The notes below the pieces were generated by a model. That model did no database searches. It was not told the DNA's origin and worked only from the letters and a program-made list of their open reading frames with translations. Position numbers and translations under genes: made by a program. This document shows positions 10,839 to 20,714 of a DNA stretch of 64,000 nucleotides, one piece after another. Position 1 is the first letter of the stretch; each line of letters starts with the position of its first letter. The DNA lies in the NCBI GenBank assembly GCA_963754655.1, contig CAVWGN010000001.1:2912001-2976000 (forward strand). Direction: 5' to 3'. The DNA is from an uncultured Chlamydiae bacterium (GTDB lineage Bacteria > Chlamydiota > Chlamydiia > Chlamydiales > Parachlamydiaceae).

Positions 10839-12218
10839 TTATTTTTTAGAAGAAAGCCGAATGGTCAAAGCCCTGCTTTCCTGCCCAAAAGCATTGACAG
10901 CTTTCAATTGATAAAGTCTTGGTTTTTTCTTTCTTCCATGAATTTCTAAATAGAAAGTATCATCGGCTGCAATTGTTGCAAGACATATTTCTTCGCAGTA
11001 AAGGCGATAAGAAACAACCGAGGGATCTGAGCTTGCTTCCCATGTAAATTGATGAATATAATCGAAAATATGATGATTAATCATTTTTTTGATGACCTTT
11101 CCCTGGAAATAGTTAGGAGGATGAGGCTCAAAACAAGTCAATTTTAAGCTAATTTCATTCGTCTGCAAAGAGTTAATTTGCACTCCTTGTTCTAGAGGAT
11201 GAAAACCCGGAGCTTGTATGATCAATTGATAATGTCCATGTCCTTTTAGCTTGAAATAGCCATTGGCATCAGTAGAAGTCGTAAGAAAAAGCTGTCCATT
11301 CTGCCATATCCCTACAGAAGCCCCTTCTATGGGCTGATTTGTAAAAAAGTGAACCACTTGTCCGGCTAGAGTTCCACATGGCTCTAGAGCAAAGTTAATC
11401 AGTGTTGTAGCATAAGAGACAATGTTTACAAGTTGGGTAGAGGATTTAAAATCAGCTAGAGTAATTCTTACTTCATATGTGTTAGGAGCAAGACTCAGAG
11501 TATAAAAGCCTTCTTCATTGGATTGAACAGAATCAATAATAAAATCATCTTTTAAAATTTCAATCGTTGCATCTGCAATAGATTGACCAGTAAAAAAATG
11601 CACGATCTGTCCTGTGATTTTGCCAGGAGGAAATTCAAGGGCAAGATTAAAGAGAGTGGTTTGGCCAGCTATTGGAATGATGATTTGCCCATTGGATTGA
11701 TAAGAAGGCGCTTTCACTTTTAGGATATGAGGCTTAGGAGCTAAGCCAGATACATAATAGTACCCTTGTTCATCAGTGACTGTGGAAGCAACAACCCTGC
11801 TTCCTCGCTTAATATCGACATTTGCATGAGGAATAGGAAGGTTGGTGTAGCTATCTTTAATCACTCCTTCAATCCTTCCAGGAAGGCTTAAAGAAAAATT
11901 CGCTTTTGCATCGAGATTTTCTAAGGAAACTACTACCGGATTTGCACTCACCTCCATATATCCAGCCGGGATTTCCATATAGACTGTATATTTACCTGAA
12001 GGAATATTTACAAACTGATAAAAACCTTCAGCATCTGTCATTGCCTCTTGGCATGGAATATTAACCAAAGTGATTTTAATTCCTTCAACAGTAGCAGATG
12101 AGGCAGCATCTGTCACATGACCGTAAATATTTGCCTTCCCATAAAGCGATAAAAAGGGAAACATCAAAAAGATTAGGAAATACCCCATAAATAAGAAGCC
12201 TTTTTCAGTTTTGTTCAT
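10839..12218 (-). CDS. Exported protein with about four carboxypeptidase-regulatory-like/Cna-B beta repeats and a C-terminal FN3-like domain
   Basis: Repeats of G.I.G.V.D...PI..A.V.I...TD..G.Y...L.PG.Y; hydrophobic N-terminus; start codon uncertain. Confidence 0.8.
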   Translation of the reverse strand: MNKTEKGFLFMGYFLIFLMFPFLSLYGKANIYGHVTDAASSATVEGIKITLVNIPCQEAMTDAEGFYQFVNIPSGKYTVYMEIPAGYMEVSANPVVVSLENLDAKANFSLSLPGRIEGVIKDSYTNLPIPHANVDIKRGSRVVASTVTDEQGYYYVSGLAPKPHILKVKAPSYQSNGQIIIPIAGQTTLFNLALEFPPGKITGQIVHFFTGQSIADATIEILKDDFIIDSVQSNEEGFYTLSLAPNTYEVRITLADFKSSTQLVNIVSYATTLINFALEPCGTLAGQVVHFFTNQPIEGASVGIWQNGQLFLTTSTDANGYFKLKGHGHYQLIIQAPGFHPLEQGVQINSLQTNEISLKLTCFEPHPPNYFQGKVIKKMINHHIFDYIHQFTWEASSDPSVVSYRLYCEEICLATIAADDTFYLEIHGRKKKPRLYQLKAVNAFGQESRALTIRLSSKK

Positions 12219-12394
12219 ATTTTTCCTTTGAAGATAAGACAGGGCAATCTTCTTATAAAAAATGATTACATTCCATAAGCGTGGCAACGAATCATATGAT
12301 AATTGCAGGAGGATAGCTCCTTTTTTCGCGCTAGAGTGTATACTAAAACAAGCAAATAGAAATAGAAAAATTTAAAAGAGTTAGAATATTCCCC

Positions 12395-12423
12395 TTGGCA
12401 TAGGGAACTTACAGTGATATAAT
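12395..12423 (+). promoter_or_regulatory. sigma66/70-type promoter of hpf
   Basis: TTGGCA-N17-TATAAT. Confidence 0.6.
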
Positions 12424-12653
12424 GAAAATGCAAGGATTATCTGGATCCTAGATAAATCAATAACTTGGCTTTAGGTTTATTTTTCTTCGTATTAACAGTT
12501 ATCTTTAAGGCTAATTCCAATATGTTGACTCTAAGGAAATATTTATGATGATTTTCAAAGAATCAAAGGCATTGAATACGAGAAGAATAATCCAAAATCC
12601 ATGTAATAGAATTCAAAAAACTATTACTTAACGTTAACTCATTGAGGTACATT

Positions 12654-13283
12654 ATGAATCGCAAAGCTAAAGCCTTAGAATTTATAGACGCAGCTTATAA
12701 CATTCAAATTACAGGTCGTCACATAGAAATCACAGATTCGATGAAAGATTATGCCATGGATAAAATTTCTAAGATTGAGCGATTCATGAATCGCATTATT
12801 GATGTCAATGTGATCATGGACATCCAGAAACTGGAACATCGCGTAGAAATTATTCTTAAAGCAGGCAACGTCAAAATTACAAGTAAAGCTTCTACTACTG
12901 ATATGTATGTCTCTATCGATCAGGCAGTGAATAAATTAGAAACACAAATTTTGCGTTATAAATCAAAATTGCAAGATCATCACGCCAAAGGTCATGCTAT
13001 CTTAGATATGACAGTTAACGTGTTAAGTCCTCAAGAGATAGAAGAAGATCTTGGTATTGATGAGACACCCATTCAAGATCAAGGTTTTAATCGTTTCAAG
13101 CCCCATCGCGTTGTCAAACAAGAAACTCTACCCCTTAAAACGTTGACTTATGAGGAAGCCATTATGAAAATGGAGCTTTCTGGTGATCAGTTTATGATTT
13201 TCAAAAATGAAGAAGATCAAAAATTAAAAGTCATTTACCGCCGCAATGATGAAAATTATGGCATTATTGAGCCCGCTTGTTAA
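12654..13283 (+). CDS. hpf: Ribosome hibernation promoting factor (long HPF)
   Basis: IQITGRHIEITDSMKDY, DMYVSIDQAVNKLETQ, EEAIMKMEL, VIYRR...YGIIEP. Confidence 0.93.
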   Translation: MNRKAKALEFIDAAYNIQITGRHIEITDSMKDYAMDKISKIERFMNRIIDVNVIMDIQKLEHRVEIILKAGNVKITSKASTTDMYVSIDQAVNKLETQILRYKSKLQDHHAKGHAILDMTVNVLSPQEIEEDLGIDETPIQDQGFNRFKPHRVVKQETLPLKTLTYEEAIMKMELSGDQFMIFKNEEDQKLKVIYRRNDENYGIIEPAC

Positions 13284-13326
13284 GTCTTGAAAGTGTCTCT
13301 AAATTTTAAATTTAAAGAAGCTTTTC

Positions 13327-13791
13327 ATGTCTCATGTCCTTTTTTGTCCTCTTCGAAAAATATGGGTGGCTGCTCTGCCTGAAGAAAGAATCAGGCAGGG
13401 CCTTATCCAAGAAATGACTCAAAAATTAGGCTATCCATTGGGAAGTCTTGCCTTGGAAAAAAATCTTAATCAACTTCCCCATCTTAAAACCCAAGTGTCT
13501 TTGCCCAAACGGCGTGCAGATCTCATTGTTTTTGCTAAAAACCTTCATCCTCAACATGTTTTTTATCCACTCTTACTTATTGAATGCAAAGCCGTTTCTT
13601 TAACAAATAAAGTCTTACGACAAATCATTGGATATAATCAATTTGTTGGAGCGCATTTTATTGCAGCTGTTAATCAACATCATTCCTATCTTGGATGGTA
13701 TCATGATGATTATAAAGACTTTAGATTTCAAGAAGGTCTTCTTTCCTATGAAATTTTATTGAAACAAGTGCGTCTTAAGGCTCTTCTCTAA
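13327..13791 (+). CDS. Stand-alone HsdR N-terminal-like PD-(D/E)xK protein
   Basis: PEERIRQ, LGYP, RRADLIVF, LLIECKA, QIIGYN. Confidence 0.8.
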   Translation: MSHVLFCPLRKIWVAALPEERIRQGLIQEMTQKLGYPLGSLALEKNLNQLPHLKTQVSLPKRRADLIVFAKNLHPQHVFYPLLLIECKAVSLTNKVLRQIIGYNQFVGAHFIAAVNQHHSYLGWYHDDYKDFRFQEGLLSYEILLKQVRLKALL

Positions 13792-13849
13792 CTTTAAAGA
13801 GACAGCAAGAGATTTTTTGATTAAGTATCTTTAAAGTGATAAAATAAAT

Positions 13850-14320
13850 ATGGATAGCAACATTAACATGAGATACTTTATGGAAAAAAAACCAGACTCA
13901 TTAGAAGATTTATTGGTGCAAATTAGAAAAACCATGGAAATTCTGCAAAATCATGAGGGATCCATTCAGATTACTCCTGATTTATTAACCGATATAGAGA
14001 AATTGGAAGCAGCCACTACAGATTTTAAAGAAACTAGCCAAGAATTGTTTGATTTATTGGATATAGACAGTGAGGGCTATAAGAAAGAAGTTTTAGAATC
14101 TACTACTACACGATCTAGTGATAAACAGCTTATTAGGCGTGCAGAAGATATTGCACAGGAAGCACGTGTGATGAAATTAGCCTTATCGAAGGCAATAGAA
14201 CGTGGAAGAGGAACCAGACGAGAAAAACTCCCTTCTCAAAAGGGGGATAAACAACAGATAAAGGAACGACGTAAGCTATTTAAATCGCTTGGTGGTGATA
14301 AAAATTGGCTCCCTCTTTAG
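13850..14320 (+). CDS. Hypothetical helical protein
   Basis: 156-aa ORF co-oriented in an operon-like run. Confidence 0.7.
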   Translation: MDSNINMRYFMEKKPDSLEDLLVQIRKTMEILQNHEGSIQITPDLLTDIEKLEAATTDFKETSQELFDLLDIDSEGYKKEVLESTTTRSSDKQLIRRAEDIAQEARVMKLALSKAIERGRGTRREKLPSQKGDKQQIKERRKLFKSLGGDKNWLPL

Positions 14321-14373
14321 AGGATGACTATGAAAGAAAGAAGACAGATTCCTCTGCTTGCAATTGGTAGAAT

Positions 14374-16272
14374 ATGAAAAATCGACAAATTTTTTTTAAG
14401 AAGAATTTTCAGCTGTTGCAGAAAACGCATCCTCTCTTGGCTCATCAATTGGATTTAATAGATCCTAAAGATCTTGAAATTTGCTGGACTCAACAAGAGG
14501 AACTTAATCTTAAACGTTTTTATGAAAATCAATCTTATTATTATCATTCCCCTGTCTCTGCTTTAGAAGAAGCGATAGAATGGTTTCAATCGCTTGACTT
14601 GCATGCGGCAACAGTCCTTTTTGTTTATGGCATTGGCTTAGGCTATTATTATGAGGCTGCCAAAGCGTGGCTTAAGCAGCATCCTGATCATACCCTTGTC
14701 TTTTTAGAAGAAGACTTAAATGTCCTTTATCGTTTATGCGAAACTGAGCTAGGCGGACGCTTATTAAAAGATTCTCAAGTACAATTGATCTTTTTACAAG
14801 ACGCTCATTCCAATAAACCCATTTTTAATGAACTTTCTTGGACTTATTTTAATGATTCTTATCTTATTTCAAGCTTAAAACTCTACCAAGAAGTGAATGC
14901 TGAAGGATTTTTGCAACTGCAGCATGAGCTCTCTTTTCATTTTGAAAGAAAGAGGGCTGCTGTTGATGAATACATGCACTTTGGTGTTAGTTTTTTTCGC
15001 AACTTTTATCCCAATTTACTCGAACTTCCCCACGCTTATTGGGGCAACGGTCTTTTCAATTGCTTTTCGCAAATCCCCGCTATTATCTGCGGCGCTGGAC
15101 CTTCTCTCAACAAAAATATTGCCCTGCTTCCTGAACTGAAAAATCGCGCCTTGATCATCGCAGGGGGCTCTGCTCTTAATGCTCTAATCCCAAAGGGAAT
15201 CATTCCTCATTTTGGCGTCGCCCTTGATCCCAATCTTGATCAATACTCTCGAGTTGCAGTCACCCAACCTTACCAAGTCCCTTTTTTTTATCGTGGACGG
15301 CTATTTCATGAAGCACTTACCGCAGTGACGGGTCCACGTCTTTACTTAGCAACAGGAAGAGGATCTTCTTATCTCACTCCTCATTGGTTTGAGGAGAAAT
15401 TAAATATCGAAGGGCAAGAATTAGATGAGGGGCATAATGTTGTCAATTTTAGCTTGCAAATTGCACAGGCTTTAGGCTGCAATCCCATTATCATTATTGG
15501 AACCGACCTAGCTTTTACCAATCAAAACTATTATGCCGATGGTATTGCCGCTAACTTAAATTTAACCCAAGAAGACCTCAAAATTGACAATCAACCAGGC
15601 TCGCCTCTTGTATTAAGAGAAGATATTCATGGACAACCTATTTATACGTTATGGAAATGGATCACAGAATCCGAGTGGATTTCCGACTTTGCTGAATCGC
15701 ATCCAGAAATCACGATCATCAATGCAACGGAAGGAGGCTTGGGATTTAAGGGTGTCCCAAACTTGTCATTGCAAGAAGCTGCCACTCAATATTTACAAAA
15801 ACCGCAAGATGGAATCACAAAAATTGATCAGGAAATTCAAAAACATTCTCTTAAGCATATTCACCTAAAACAGCTCTTAGAATTACTTCAAGAAATGAAG
15901 GAAAGCTTGGATCGCTGCACTCATCTCTTTTCAAAGCAGCTAGAGGAAATTGATCAATTCATCGAACACATTCAGCAAGGCGCTTCTTTTCCACCTAGCC
16001 TACAAACCCCTTCTATGATGCTTTTAGAAAGTGATATCGAAGAAGAGATCGGCTTTTCCTTTTTATTGAGCATTTTTAATCAGATCTTTCTTCACTTACA
16101 TCATCGCACGTTTCAAAACCTTCAAATGTCTAAAAGGCATAAGCCAGAAAAAAAACGCATCCTAAACAAGTTAGAACTAGATAAACAGCGCATCATCTTT
16201 TTATGTGATGTTGCGCGCTTTAATCGAGATCTCATTCAGCGAACAATTGAAGGCAAGAAAAAGCTTAATTAG
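14374..16272 (+). CDS. Maf / DUF115 (MptE-like) family glycosyltransferase
   Basis: VYGIGLGY, PAIICGAGPSL, LGCNPIIIIGTDLAF, INATEGG. Confidence 0.85.
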   Translation: MKNRQIFFKKNFQLLQKTHPLLAHQLDLIDPKDLEICWTQQEELNLKRFYENQSYYYHSPVSALEEAIEWFQSLDLHAATVLFVYGIGLGYYYEAAKAWLKQHPDHTLVFLEEDLNVLYRLCETELGGRLLKDSQVQLIFLQDAHSNKPIFNELSWTYFNDSYLISSLKLYQEVNAEGFLQLQHELSFHFERKRAAVDEYMHFGVSFFRNFYPNLLELPHAYWGNGLFNCFSQIPAIICGAGPSLNKNIALLPELKNRALIIAGGSALNALIPKGIIPHFGVALDPNLDQYSRVAVTQPYQVPFFYRGRLFHEALTAVTGPRLYLATGRGSSYLTPHWFEEKLNIEGQELDEGHNVVNFSLQIAQALGCNPIIIIGTDLAFTNQNYYADGIAANLNLTQEDLKIDNQPGSPLVLREDIHGQPIYTLWKWITESEWISDFAESHPEITIINATEGGLGFKGVPNLSLQEAATQYLQKPQDGITKIDQEIQKHSLKHIHLKQLLELLQEMKESLDRCTHLFSKQLEEIDQFIEHIQQGASFPPSLQTPSMMLLESDIEEEIGFSFLLSIFNQIFLHLHHRTFQNLQMSKRHKPEKKRILNKLELDKQRIIFLCDVARFNRDLIQRTIEGKKKLN

Positions 16273-16377
16273 TCACCTTATGCAAGTGAGGTCAAAGAAT
16301 CAGTGATACCCCTTAAATAACCCAATAGCTTGATTTGTTTAATCGCCTGAAAGGCTTTAAATAAAATAGCCCAGGGA

Positions 16378-16523
16378 CGGGACTTAACAAAGAACTGTTT
16401 TGGGCTTGATGTTTTTCGCGTCATTTTCGAGAAATATGCCTCTAAAGCCTTTTACAGGCGTGGTGCTGTTAAATTGACGCGATGAATATCAAGCCCAAAA
16501 AACAGTTCTTTGTTAAGTCCCGG
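16378..16523. mobile_element. MITE family C (~146 bp)
   Basis: ~33-bp inverted ends (C)CGGGACTTAACAAAGAACTGTTTTGGGCTTGAT; CCCAGGG on both sides; four more copies within 60049-61692. Confidence 0.9.
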
Positions 16524-16622
16524 CCCAGGGATAGGGTGTTCATTTTGTGCAAAAATGAGCTTTATTTTTCACAATAATTGGCATAGTTGAATTGAAGGTC
16601 GCATGTTTATGCCGTCCTTTCA

Positions 16623-18084
16623 GGGACAATTGCAGAATAAACAATAAATTATTTTAATTTACCACTTTCAAAAAAAGGCTCCTTAATATAGTCTAGATGT
16701 AGAAAAACCGTCTTAAACTATACAAGGAACCGAAAAATGTTCAGAGAAAAATTATCGCAAATGTGGAATAACGTACAGTCTACTCTTTTTCCTGATTTAA
16801 TCAAACGAACTCATGAACTCTGCCCTGAGTATAAAAAATTAGTATCAATTCTGGAACTTGTTCGTATTGAAAGTCATATTCCGCGATCCTTCAAATTAGG
16901 AAGGCCACCAAAAGATCGCATCGCAATGGCTAGAAGTTTTATCGCAAAAGTAGTCCTAAAACAACCTTACACTAAACAAATTATTCGCCTGCTAAACCAG
17001 GATGAACAATTGAGGATTATTTGTGGTTGGGAGGCAAATCATAAAATTCCTTCTGAATCTAAATTTTCTAGAGCTTTCAAAGAATTTAGCCAAATAACCC
17101 TTCCGGATAGGGTTCACCAAGCATTGGTTAAAGAATTTTACAAGGGAGAGATCATAGGACATGTGATAACAGATTCTACACCCTTAGAAGCACGTGAAAA
17201 ATCATTAAAAAAACCATGTGCAAAAACACGTCGAAAAGAAAAAGACAAAGAAAGAAGAAGAATGAAAAGTGCTGGAGAACCAAATCTACGTCAACAGCAG
17301 TTGAATGAACCAGATCTTCGAAAAATGGTAGAACATCTTCCTATAGCATGTGACAAAGGCATGAAAAGAAATCCTCAGGGATTTCACATTTTTTGGAAAG
17401 GCTATAAGTTGCATACTAATGTTGATGATAATGGAGTCCCTTTGGCTGCAATTGTCACATCTGCATCGTGTAATGACTGTGAAGTTGCAATTCCTTTATC
17501 TCTAAAAACAAGCAAGGTAGTAACTAATTTGTACGATTTAATGGATGCAGCTTACGATTATCCAGAAATCAAGGAATTTAGCCGATCCCTTAATCATATA
17601 CCAATTATCGATCAGTGTTCGCGAAGTGCAGCTCAAAAAAAGGCAAAAATGGAAGAGAAAAAAAGAAAAACTCTTTTAAATTTTAAAACAGCTGAAGAAA
17701 AGAGGTACGCAGAGCGATTTCCCAAAGAATCCTTTAATGCATTCTTTAAGGACTATTGTGGAGGACATAGGATATATTACAGAGGATATCAGAAAGTCTC
17801 TTGCCATGCATTATTTGGAGTATTAACAGCGGCCGCTATGATGTTATTGAAATTCACTTCCTAAAGATCGATTAAATTTCAAAGATTGACAGTATCTTCT
17901 TACGTTACCCCCTGCCAAAATTAGATCAATTTTTAAAAAAATTCAAAAAATTCGAATGTTTTGCATAAAAGTGTTTTTTTTTCATTAAAACTTAGTCGTC
18001 TAGAATCGATTCTTTTCGATCTCAGGTACAATTGACAGAAAAAAAATCGCAGTATAACACGCTAAATAATTCTGCAATTGTCCC
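16623..18084 (+). mobile_element. Insertion sequence, 1462 bp, copy 1
   Basis: 16-bp TIRs GGGACAATTGCAGAAT; duplicated TTTCA (readable as 5, 7 or 9 bp); second copy at 43054-44515. Confidence 0.95.
16737..17864 (+). CDS. DDE transposase (IS4/IS5/IS1182-like)
   Basis: PSESKFSR, DST, GYKLH, MDAAYD, YxxRxxxE motifs; exact IS family not assigned. Confidence 0.92.
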   Translation: MFREKLSQMWNNVQSTLFPDLIKRTHELCPEYKKLVSILELVRIESHIPRSFKLGRPPKDRIAMARSFIAKVVLKQPYTKQIIRLLNQDEQLRIICGWEANHKIPSESKFSRAFKEFSQITLPDRVHQALVKEFYKGEIIGHVITDSTPLEAREKSLKKPCAKTRRKEKDKERRRMKSAGEPNLRQQQLNEPDLRKMVEHLPIACDKGMKRNPQGFHIFWKGYKLHTNVDDNGVPLAAIVTSASCNDCEVAIPLSLKTSKVVTNLYDLMDAAYDYPEIKEFSRSLNHIPIIDQCSRSAAQKKAKMEEKKRKTLLNFKTAEEKRYAERFPKESFNAFFKDYCGGHRIYYRGYQKVSCHALFGVLTAAAMMLLKFTS

Positions 18085-18154
18085 TTTCAGGACTCGATGT
18101 CTTTTTGATAGAACCCAGGCCTCCGCTTCGCTGCGACCTGGGCTGTAACATGAC

Positions 18155-18482
18155 GGCCCTTCAGGCCTTAACAAAAAGATGATTTAGGGACTATAGAAGA
18201 GGGACTTAAACATCTCTTGTTAAGGCCTGAAGGGCGGGCCCTTTAAGCCTTAACAAAAGGACTATTTATGGACTATAGAAGAGGGACTTAAATCTCTCTT
18301 GTTAAGGCCTGAAGGGCCGGCCCTTTAAGCCTTAACAAAAGGACTATTTATGGACTATAGAAGAGGGACTTAAATCTCTCTTGTTAAGGCCTGAAGGGCC
18401 GGCCCTTTAAGCCTTAACAAAAGGACTATTTATGGACTATAGAAGAGGGACTTAAATCTCTCTTGTTAAGGCCTGAAGGGCC
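18155..18482 (+). repeat. Four tandem 82-bp units (core of element A)
   Basis: Units start at 18155, 18237, 18319, 18401; the last three share variant bases. Confidence 0.93.
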
Positions 18483-18686
18483 GTCATGTTACAGCCCAGG
18501 TCGCAGCGAAGCGGAGGCCTGGGTTCTATCAAAAAGACATCGAGTCCTGAAAGGACGGCATAAACATGCGACCTTCAATTCAACTATGCCAATTATTGTG
18601 AAAAATAAAGCTCATTTTTGCACAAAATGAACACCCTAGTCCAGGGATCATTGCTATCCCTTAAATAACCAAATAGCTGGATTTGT

Positions 18687-19388
18687 TTAATCTATCACAA
18701 GCTGTTTTGCAACTTTTCCTGATGCTAAGTCATATTCAGCACCGACGATATTTATCTCTTTATCTGCTACAGCTTTTGCAACAATGGGCGATAGAGAAAC
18801 GAGTTGATTTGCGATGTAGGAAATATTAGCTGCAATTGAGAGTTGAAAAGCATCGGGAGCATAGATATCAAAACCTGCTGCTAAAATAGCCTTTTCAATT
18901 GGAATGAGAACAGCATTTAGTTGTCCGTTCTGAGTATCGATCACTCCATGATTTTCTCTTAATCGATTAAGAGCTCCTTTCACCGCTCCGCATTCGGTAT
19001 GGCCCATAACAAGGATTAAAGAGACGTCAAAATGAGTAACAGCAAATTCGATGGTATCAAGCACGACATCATCTATGACTTGACCTGCAACGCGTACCAC
19101 AAACAATTTCCCCAGGCCTTGGGAAAAAACAATTTCTGGCGGCACTCTTGAATCTGAACAACTTAATACTATGACACGCGGATTTTGCCCTTTTACCAAA
19201 GGTTTCCTTTGTTTAGAATATTTGCGACTTCTCACAAATTTTCTATTCCCTGCTTGTAAAGTATGCCATTCATTATTTTCGCCTTCCCAACGAGATTGAT
19301 CACCATGGGCACAGGGATTTAAGCCCATCACTTCTAAATTTATCAAAATAAGAAAAAGGGGAAATATTAACTTAAGAATTTTGTTCAT
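18687..19388 (-). CDS. Beta-class carbonic anhydrase with putative signal peptide
   Basis: CSDSRVPPE, RVAGQ, HTECGAV; hydrophobic N-terminus. Confidence 0.93.
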   Translation of the reverse strand: MNKILKLIFPLFLILINLEVMGLNPCAHGDQSRWEGENNEWHTLQAGNRKFVRSRKYSKQRKPLVKGQNPRVIVLSCSDSRVPPEIVFSQGLGKLFVVRVAGQVIDDVVLDTIEFAVTHFDVSLILVMGHTECGAVKGALNRLRENHGVIDTQNGQLNAVLIPIEKAILAAGFDIYAPDAFQLSIAANISYIANQLVSLSPIVAKAVADKEINIVGAEYDLASGKVAKQLVID

Positions 19389-19529
19389 TACATGAATTCC
19401 TTCTATTAAAGGATTGAAAATTACTGCTCTGTCGCATTAACTTATGCGTTAGCTTAATGCGTATAAGGCATTATTCTGTGTTGGCTACACCCTCCTACCA
19501 CGCCGTCTGAAGGATGACAAGAGATTAGA

Positions 19530-20714
19530 CTAAAAATTGAGACAACTACGCGCAATCATCCATTCTTCACGTGTATGGAGAATCAATACTCGGATAGGCG
19601 AGGAAAAGCTTGTAATCTCAGCGTCTGGTTGACATCTCCGATTTTTTTCAAGATCAATAGCGATATTCAAGCAGGCCAATCCTCGGCAAGTCTCTTCGCG
19701 AATGAATGCTGCGTTTTCTCCAATTCCTCCTGTAAAGCTCAAGACATTAAAACCACCTAAAGAAACTACCAAAGCTCCAATAGCTGTCTTTAAGCGATGA
19801 ACAAACATTTGAACTGCTAAGTGAGCACGCTCTTCCTGTTTACTGAGCAGATCACGCATATCGGAACTTCCTCCGATACCCTTAAGGCCTGAAGCAAAGT
19901 TTAAAGCCTTATCAACAGTTTGTAAGGACATTCGCTGTTCTCGCATCAAATAAAGTAAAATACCTGGATCAATGGAGCCGCAACGAGTCCCCATCATCAA
20001 TCCTTCTAAGGGAGTTAATCCCATTGTCGTCTCATAGCTTTTCCCATTTTGAATGGCACAAAGCGAACAGCCATTCCCCAAATGACAATTGATGATCTTT
20101 AAAGATTGAGCATCTTGCTTTAAAAAACTTGCTGCCCGCTCTGCACAGTATTGATGGCTAATGCCATGGAAACCATAACGTTGAATTCCTTTATCTTTCC
20201 ACTCCCAAGGGACTGGATAAGTCTTCACAATTTCTGGCATTGTCACATGAAACGACGTATCGAAGATGGCAATTTGGAGAATAGAAGGAAAAATTTTTTC
20301 CATCAATTCAATTCCTTGGAGATTAGCTGGATTATGCAACGGAGCTAATGGAATCAGTTGTCGAATGCGCTCTTTCACTTTGGCATCAATGCGAGTCGCC
20401 TGCTCAAACTCTTTTCCTCCGTGCACGACCCGATGTCCAATTCTTTGAATTGCAGTGAGGCCCTCAATGACTTGAGTATCCCCTTGCCATAAACTATCAA
20501 GCAGCGTTTTGATTCCTGTTTCAATGTTGTGGTGATCCAAATTTTGCTCTATTTGAACACCTTTGAAGGTCCTCACGGATAGAAAAAGAACTTGATTTTC
20601 TCTCCCCCAATCTAAAAATCCTTCCCACAAAGGGTCAATAAGCTTTTCATTTTGCAGATCGTATAAGGATAGCTTATGTGAACTTGAGCCCGCGTTCACA
20701 ACTAAGATTTTCAT
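19530..20714 (-). CDS. ackA: Acetate kinase
   Basis: ILVVNAGSSS, GHRVVHGG, APLHNP, RYGFHG, FTGGIGEN; start overlaps the xfp stop (ATGA). Confidence 0.96.
   Translation of the reverse strand: MKILVVNAGSSSHKLSLYDLQNEKLIDPLWEGFLDWGRENQVLFLSVRTFKGVQIEQNLDHHNIETGIKTLLDSLWQGDTQVIEGLTAIQRIGHRVVHGGKEFEQATRIDAKVKERIRQLIPLAPLHNPANLQGIELMEKIFPSILQIAIFDTSFHVTMPEIVKTYPVPWEWKDKGIQRYGFHGISHQYCAERAASFLKQDAQSLKIINCHLGNGCSLCAIQNGKSYETTMGLTPLEGLMMGTRCGSIDPGILLYLMREQRMSLQTVDKALNFASGLKGIGGSSDMRDLLSKQEERAHLAVQMFVHRLKTAIGALVVSLGGFNVLSFTGGIGENAAFIREETCRGLACLNIAIDLEKNRRCQPDAEITSFSSPIRVLILHTREEWMIARSCLNF

Larger units (their letters stand above)
16531..18639. mobile_element. Family A copy 2, interrupted by an IS, core expanded
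   Basis: Left arm 16531-16622 resumes at 18085 and ends CACCCTAG at 18639; flanked by CCCAGGG and TCCAGGG. Confidence 0.9.

Noticed and set aside
13327..13791. Restriction-modification system
   Set aside because: Only a lone HsdR_N-like domain; no hsdM, hsdS or helicase nearby.
18155..18482. CRISPR-like periodic repeats (also 44547-44950 and 60049-61692)
   Set aside because: The would-be spacers are copies of each other, the units are parts of palindromic elements, and no cas genes are present.
19420..19530. Possible riboswitch upstream of the carbonic anhydrase
   Set aside because: No riboswitch consensus recognised; GTCTGAAGGATGACAAGAG resembles the family B hairpin, so it is probably a decayed repeat.
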